Shown here: positions 33,140-37,741 of the stretch, piece after piece
Position numbering within the stretch: the stretch's first letter is position 1
Layout: each line of letters begins with the position of its first letter
DNA from: a virus
Taxonomy: Duplodnaviria; Heunggongvirae; Uroviricota; Caudoviricetes
Strand: one strand, 5' to 3'
DNA length: 37,741 nucleotides
Virus record (IMG/VR): IMGVR_UViG_2541047834_000001
Made by a program: the position numbers and the translations under genes
The notes under the pieces: generated by a model
The model's input: the letters and a program-made list of their open reading frames with translations, nothing else
The model's database searches: none
What the model was told of the DNA's origin: nothing

Positions 33140-35329
33140 ATGACGGTCTCAACCGAAGTTGACCACAACGAATACACCGGTAACGGCGTTACGACATCAT
33201 TTCCGTATACCTTCCGTATTTTCAAAAAAACCGACCTGGTTGTTCAGGTGTCTGACCTGAACGGGAACGTAACAGAATTGGTTCTGGATACCGGTTATAA
33301 GGTAACTGGAGCGGGCACTTATAGTGGCGGTGAAGTGGTTCTCCCGTCGCCGCTTGCTGCTGGATGGCGAATTACGATAGAGCGTGTGCTTGATGTGGTG
33401 CAGGAGACTGATCTTCGCAATCAGGGAAAATTTTTCCCCGAAGTTCATGAGGATGCATTTGACTACCTGACGATGCTGATCCAGCGATGTTTCGGGTGGT
33501 TCAGACGTGCATTGATGAAACCATCTTTGCTTGCAAAATATTACGATGCAAAGCAAAACAGAATTTCTAACCTTGCAGATCCATCACTTGAGCAGGACGC
33601 TGTAAATAATCGCTCAATGCGTAATTATGTCGATGCTGCAATCGCCGGGGTTGTTGGTGGTTTTGGTTGGTTTATACCGTCAGGAAGCGGGGCAAGACAA
33701 CGAACATTTCAAAGCAAAATGAGGGATATAATTTCTCCTTGTGATTACGAAGATAATATTTTTATGATTAAGGAGTTGATATCCAAAGGCAAAAATGCCG
33801 CTGTTTTTAACTCATATTATACTTTTGTTATTACTGTTGGCGAATGGGGTGATTACCCTACACTCAAAGATGCAATCATTGCAGCCCAGTCAATGAGACC
33901 TATGTGGGATGGTGGTAATGCTTTCTGCGAAATAAGAATTAAGACCGGGCATATTATCAACTATCAAATTGAATTCAGTTCAGGTGTTGATTTGTCTTGG
34001 ATTAAAATAACATCAGAAGACTCAGTGGTTTTCTCTGACACTCGTTTGTTTACTAAAATCGTTAGAACGTATTACGAATACAAGTATTTATTTTACATTT
34101 GCGATGCAGCAAAAAGTCCTGTATTTGCTATTCAGATCGAAGAAAATAGAGATGATAGCGATGTTTGTGCATTTATTGTAACTCAAAAAGCTGAACTTAA
34201 TTTCTATCCGTATTCAGGTGCTCGAAAGTTCTACGTTGGAATTCATGGTAGTTTTGGTGCAAAAATTAGTGCATATCATACCGGATGTGCTCCTGATGAG
34301 GAAAGTGTTGCTGCATATATGCCAGAAGGGTATTACGTATGTGATTTTTCTTATAGCAGATACTCTTCCCTGCAACTGGTAAATAATGTCAAGGCATCAA
34401 TGCCTGTAAGCAAGTTTGAACGGTGCACAGAGAGTACGGTTGCGTCAGTTAATTGTATTTATAATGTTAAAGCAGATTTTCAGGGGTCAAGTGCAAGCTA
34501 TTGTTATATAGGATGGAATGTAAGAGATGGTTCAAATGTTAATATACGCGACCATAAAACTATACATTGCTCATATCGTGGATTAACCTGCATTCATACA
34601 GCATATGTTGATGCAAGACGACATGACGTTGAAGAAAGTGATGCAGAAACAAGTGGTAAAGTCCTTGAACCAAATATTGAAAAAGGTTTTTATGGATGTG
34701 CACTTGGTGTGCGTATTGATGGTGCGGGTTGCGTTGATGTTGCTGGTAATGATATGCGCAATTGTGGAACAGCCGTTAATGCAGACACTGGTGCTGTTAT
34801 TTCAGGAAAGGCTGTAGATATCTCAGGGGCTGAGCTGGGATTTGATTGCCATGCAGGAGCATCTGTTAATTTTCCAAGGCTATGGGGTACAGATATAAAA
34901 AAATTAATGCACCTCCAAGATGGTGTAAGGTTTAACTCTAATATTTGTCATGTATTTGGTGCAAATCCCACAAAAGATATTAGATGGATTGATGTAGAGA
35001 GATCTGAAGCTTCTTTTATGAATGCAACGCTGGATGCAGATTCAGGATTTATTGCCGACTGTGGTAGTAGGATAACCATTGAAGGAAGTAAAGTTAAAAA
35101 CCAAACAATAAGAAGTTTTTTTGGATCATATGTGGCTATAAATAATACTGTTGCTGACAGAACTTATTCAGATATAGCCGATGTTCCGCAGTTGACTATT
35201 AGTGGAGGATCTTTTATTTCTGCTACAGGATATTCTAATTCTGACTCCAGCCCTCTGAGGTTGAGCACAACACGAAATACACTTGGCGTTGGAGGAGCTA
35301 TATTTTCAACCAATGGGGAAGTTTCATGA
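33140..35329 (+). CDS. Tail fibre / tailspike protein (conserved N-terminal adaptor, variable AT-rich distal domain)
   Basis: 729 aa; N-terminus (NEYTGNGVTTSFPYTF...NRISNLADPSLEQDAVNNRSMRNY) resembles podovirus tail-fibre anchors; distal portion about 35% GC. Confidence 0.75.
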   Translation: MTVSTEVDHNEYTGNGVTTSFPYTFRIFKKTDLVVQVSDLNGNVTELVLDTGYKVTGAGTYSGGEVVLPSPLAAGWRITIERVLDVVQETDLRNQGKFFPEVHEDAFDYLTMLIQRCFGWFRRALMKPSLLAKYYDAKQNRISNLADPSLEQDAVNNRSMRNYVDAAIAGVVGGFGWFIPSGSGARQRTFQSKMRDIISPCDYEDNIFMIKELISKGKNAAVFNSYYTFVITVGEWGDYPTLKDAIIAAQSMRPMWDGGNAFCEIRIKTGHIINYQIEFSSGVDLSWIKITSEDSVVFSDTRLFTKIVRTYYEYKYLFYICDAAKSPVFAIQIEENRDDSDVCAFIVTQKAELNFYPYSGARKFYVGIHGSFGAKISAYHTGCAPDEESVAAYMPEGYYVCDFSYSRYSSLQLVNNVKASMPVSKFERCTESTVASVNCIYNVKADFQGSSASYCYIGWNVRDGSNVNIRDHKTIHCSYRGLTCIHTAYVDARRHDVEESDAETSGKVLEPNIEKGFYGCALGVRIDGAGCVDVAGNDMRNCGTAVNADTGAVISGKAVDISGAELGFDCHAGASVNFPRLWGTDIKKLMHLQDGVRFNSNICHVFGANPTKDIRWIDVERSEASFMNATLDADSGFIADCGSRITIEGSKVKNQTIRSFFGSYVAINNTVADRTYSDIADVPQLTISGGSFISATGYSNSDSSPLRLSTTRNTLGVGGAIFSTNGEVS

Positions 35330-35622
35330 TTAAGAGCATTGATGTCACTCCATTTCTTCACTCGCTTTGCGCTTTTGCGGCTCAGGTACTGGTTGGTATT
35401 TTTACCGGAAACTGGGCTTACGGTGCGATAGCCGGTTGTACGTTCTTCATTGCGCGTGAACACACCCAGGCAGAATATCGCTGGATAGAAAAGTTTGGGA
35501 AAGGGAAACGTATCAACATGCCGTGGTGGGGAGGTTTTGATCCACGCGTGTGGGATGTGGGAAGTCTGTTGGATTTTGCTGTTCCTGTTGTTTTTTGTTT
35601 TTGTGTTTATTTCTCTATTTGA
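35326..35622 (+). CDS. Small membrane protein (98 aa) coupled to tail fibre gene
   Basis: ATGA overlap with tail fibre stop; two hydrophobic segments. Confidence 0.5.
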   Translation: MIKSIDVTPFLHSLCAFAAQVLVGIFTGNWAYGAIAGCTFFIAREHTQAEYRWIEKFGKGKRINMPWWGGFDPRVWDVGSLLDFAVPVVFCFCVYFSI

Positions 35623-35627
35623 CTGCT

Positions 35628-35650
35628 ACCGCGCCATTAAATGGTGCGGT
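35628..35650. promoter_or_regulatory. 23-bp near-palindrome ACCGCGCCATTAAATGGTGCGGT upstream of lysis cassette
   Basis: Inverted repeat with one G/T mismatch in intergenic 35623-35824. Confidence 0.4.
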
Positions 35651-35752
35651 ATTCAACCTGCTCTTCACTGTTTGTTTCTTCAGAGTCATGTAAAAGGTGA
35701 GCTTTATTCTCGGCATGAAAAACAGGGAATTGACGATGTTAAAGTAACAAAA

Positions 35753-35766
35753 AACCATAAATGGTT
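35753..35766. promoter_or_regulatory. Palindrome AACCAT-AA-ATGGTT overlapping a -10-like ATAAAT
   Basis: Shares CCAT(T)AAATGG core with 35628-35650; TTGACG 17 bp upstream. Confidence 0.4.
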
Positions 35767-35824
35767 TATTATGCGTAATGCTTTACTGTTCAGGAGGTTG
35801 TTATGCATATAAACGGTGGAAAAC

Positions 35825-36229
35825 ATGTCAGCTCAACTAACCAGTGAAACTTTAAATCAGTGGCTTAGCATGAGTTCTCTGGCGGCGGTGATAGCAGGAG
35901 TTCCTCCTGAGGTTGCTTTGGGTGCTTTGGCTGGAGCGGTAATTTTTGTTACCTCTGCAGTAGAGTACCCCATCCGTCGCCGGGTGCTCCTGTCGATGCT
36001 CAGCTTTCTTTGCGGCCTTCTCTTTTACAAACCAGCAGCATCAATTCTTATCGGCATAGCCAGCCTGATCCCTACCATCACGCAGGACTCTTTTGAAAAA
36101 GGGATTGTTTTCTCTGCAGGCGCATTCGTGTCAGCAATTGTCGCTGTGCGTATTGGTATATGGCTCTATCACCGTTCCGATAATCCACGCGAGTTAATTC
36201 CGGGGAGAAAAGACGATGGTAACGCATGA
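35825..36229 (+). CDS. Membrane protein, possible holin/antiholin
   Basis: Multiple TM segments; directly upstream of and overlapping the next membrane gene and endolysin; start may be GTG 35816. Confidence 0.45.
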   Translation: MSAQLTSETLNQWLSMSSLAAVIAGVPPEVALGALAGAVIFVTSAVEYPIRRRVLLSMLSFLCGLLFYKPAASILIGIASLIPTITQDSFEKGIVFSAGAFVSAIVAVRIGIWLYHRSDNPRELIPGRKDDGNA

Positions 36230-36524
36230 GTTTTTTTTGCTTATCACCAATGCAGTTATTTGCACTGGCATAGCAATTCGCGTTGTCACATTCCGGCGTA
36301 ACGGCTCTCAACACCGAAGGTGGGGAGGATGGCTTGCTTATTTCCTGATTGTTGCTGCGGCCAGTATTCCTGTTCGTGTCGCCTATGCAATCTGGTTACG
36401 TACGCCAATGGCTGTGGATTTATCTGAGGTCATTATCAACGCTGTCATGCTGGCTGCGGTTATTAAAACGCGCGGTAACGTCGTTCAAATTTTTAAAGTA
36501 TCGAGGTCTAAACATGGAGATTAA
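36216..36524 (+). CDS. Putative holin (3 TM, charged C-terminus)
   Basis: 102 aa with three hydrophobic segments and basic tail, immediately upstream of the endolysin gene. Confidence 0.5.
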   Translation: MVTHEFFLLITNAVICTGIAIRVVTFRRNGSQHRRWGGWLAYFLIVAAASIPVRVAYAIWLRTPMAVDLSEVIINAVMLAAVIKTRGNVVQIFKVSRSKHGD

Positions 36525-37143
36525 ACAATTCCAGCGAGCTGCTGGTATCAGCGAGGCACTGGCCGCACGCTGGTTCTCGCATATAACTTCTGCGATGAAA
36601 GAGTTTGGTATCAGCAAAGCAGAAGATCAGGCAATGTTTATTGCTCAAGTCGGGCATGAGTCTGGGAGCTTCACCAGGTTGCAGGAGAATTTCAACTACA
36701 GTGTCAGCGGACTGGCTAACTTCGTTCGGGCTGGGCGTCTCACTCAGGGGCAGGCTAATGCACTGGGGCGCCGTGCTGGTGAAGCACCATTGCCACTTGA
36801 GCGCCAGCGCGCGATCGCAAATCTGGTATACAGCAAACGCATGGGGAACAATGCCCCTGGTGATGGCTGGAATTACCGAGGGCGCGGACTTATCCAGATT
36901 ACCGGTTTGAATAACTATCGTGATTGCGGAAACGGTCTGAAGGTTGACCTGCTGGAGAGCCCTGAACTGCTGGCGCAGGACGAATATGCGGCTCGTAGCG
37001 CGGCGTGGTTCTTCGTCAGCAAAGGCTGCATGAAGTATACCGGCGATATTGTACGTGTAACTCTGATTATCAATGGTGGCAGAAACGGTATCGACGACCG
37101 GCGTGCGCGGTACATCACAGCAAGTAAGGTACTGGCGGTATGA
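36514..37143 (+). CDS. Endolysin, glycoside hydrolase family 19 (chitinase-like lysozyme)
   Basis: [12 protein letters not shown]...[16 protein letters not shown] motifs typical of GH19 endolysins; ATG at 36514. Confidence 0.8.
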   Translation: MEIKQFQRAAGISEALAARWFSHITSAMKEFGISKAEDQAMFIAQVGHESGSFTRLQENFNYSVSGLANFVRAGRLTQGQANALGRRAGEAPLPLERQRAIANLVYSKRMGNNAPGDGWNYRGRGLIQITGLNNYRDCGNGLKVDLLESPELLAQDEYAARSAAWFFVSKGCMKYTGDIVRVTLIINGGRNGIDDRRARYITASKVLAV

Positions 37144-37637
37144 TCTGGGCATTTGTAAAAGCATACCGTAAACAGTTACTTATCGTGGCGATGCTTGCTG
37201 TTCTGGTCATATCAGGAGTTGTTGCCTGGAATGTGCACGGCATCCGTCAGTACGATGCCGGGTATGCGCAGGCGAAGGAAGATCAGAAACAGGCTGATGA
37301 TAAGTTAAGGTCACAGCGTGAGCAGGAGAAAACACAAATTGAACGTGAAGCACAATCCCGTATCGATGCGGCGCGTGCTGATGCTGAGTATGCTAATTCC
37401 GCTGCTGACAGCATGCGCGCCGAGCTTGACAAAACCAGGCGGCTCGCCGAACACTATACCGGATCTTTCCCCCCTGGCACGCCAGCCAGCAAGGTCATCG
37501 GTGTGCTCGCCGACATGCTTGAAGAAAGCAACCGAGTTTACAACGCAACAGCAACTGAGGCTGAAAAGTATCGTATCGCAGGGGAATTCTGCGAGCAGCA
37601 ATACGATTCACTGAAGAAGCAAAAATCGTGGCACTGA
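37140..37637 (+). CDS. Rz-like i-spanin
   Basis: N-terminal TM ([18 protein letters not shown]) followed by charged coiled-coil; ATGA-coupled to endolysin. Confidence 0.7.
   Translation: MIWAFVKAYRKQLLIVAMLAVLVISGVVAWNVHGIRQYDAGYAQAKEDQKQADDKLRSQREQEKTQIEREAQSRIDAARADAEYANSAADSMRAELDKTRRLAEHYTGSFPPGTPASKVIGVLADMLEESNRVYNATATEAEKYRIAGEFCEQQYDSLKKQKSWH
37366..37614 (+). CDS. Rz1-like o-spanin lipoprotein embedded in the +1 frame of Rz
   Basis: [20 protein letters not shown]: signal peptide with lipobox LTAC; Pro-rich mature part; entirely inside the Rz ORF. Confidence 0.6.
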   Translation: MRRVLMLSMLIPLLTACAPSLTKPGGSPNTIPDLSPLARQPARSSVCSPTCLKKATEFTTQQQLRLKSIVSQGNSASSNTIH

Positions 37638-37724
37638 TTTCCGGTGACGGTATATAAAACGGTATGGTGAAAATCAGGTTACAGAAAGTTGTTACCAGTC
37701 AATTGGTTATGCATGCCGTAAATA

Positions 37725-37741
37725 ATTGAGTGGGAATGATT
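37725..37741. repeat. attR core: 17-bp direct repeat identical to 1-17
   Basis: Exact repeat at window end. Confidence 0.8.

Noticed and set aside
35495-35812. ORF 35495-35812 (+, 105 aa) spanning the intergenic region before the lysis genes
   Set aside because: Overlaps the end of the 35326-35622 gene in another frame and runs through palindromic and promoter-like sequence; Cys/Phe/Leu-rich low-complexity translation.
35804-35848. 14-codon upstream ORF (MHINGGKHVSSTNQ) with strong CAGGAGG RBS before the membrane-protein gene
   Set aside because: Could be a leader peptide, but it is equally consistent with the RBS serving the downstream GTG/ATG start; too short to call.
36508-37164. Minus-strand ORF (218 aa) antisense to the endolysin
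   Set aside because: Entirely antisense to the GH19 endolysin with clear catalytic motifs; no RBS.
1-37741. CRISPR array, IS element or transposase
   Set aside because: No repeat-spacer periodicity, no terminal inverted repeats flanking a transposase-like ORF and no DDE-type transposase motifs were seen; the repeats found are iterons, operators and att cores.

Overview
The window appears to be one complete temperate prophage (~37.7 kb) bounded by identical 17-bp direct repeats (1-17 and 37725-37741, attL/attR cores). All product calls are from reading the translations and motifs, not from database searches. Left to right: a P4-type tyrosine integrase (+); a leftward early operon (tight ATGA-coupled minus-strand ORFs) with a small ORF, a DPPW-motif N6-adenine methyltransferase, an AlpA-type excisionase/regulator, a lambda Bet-like annealing protein, an exonuclease and two small ORFs; a divergent immunity switch (tandem-HTH repressor on -, Cro/YdaS-like on +); lambda O/P-like replication genes with iteron-like repeats inside the O-like gene; a nin-like accessory block of small and hypothetical genes; a zinc-ribbon protein followed by a terminator and the start of the late operon (terminase small and large subunits); a minus-strand cassette carrying tRNA-Arg(UCU) with a GC-rich structured leader; a T7-like morphogenesis module (portal, scaffold, major capsid, tubular A/B-like proteins, internal virion proteins, tail fibre with an AT-rich distal domain); and a lysis cassette (membrane proteins, GH19-type endolysin, Rz with embedded Rz1). 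I see no CRISPR array, IS element or recognisable known defence system. The most interesting signals are: (i) a palindrome ATTACC-N5-GGTAAT recurring at 10 promoter-proximal positions across every module; (ii) a GTGACATG(T/C)CAC palindrome occurring three times, each next to a terminator hairpin at a module boundary; (iii) an AT-rich moron island (two small membrane proteins plus a reverse-oriented 91-aa gene with its own operator-bearing promoter region) between the internal virion genes and the tail fibre gene; (iv) a phage-borne tRNA-Arg(UCU) preceded by a ~230-nt hairpin-rich noncoding leader.
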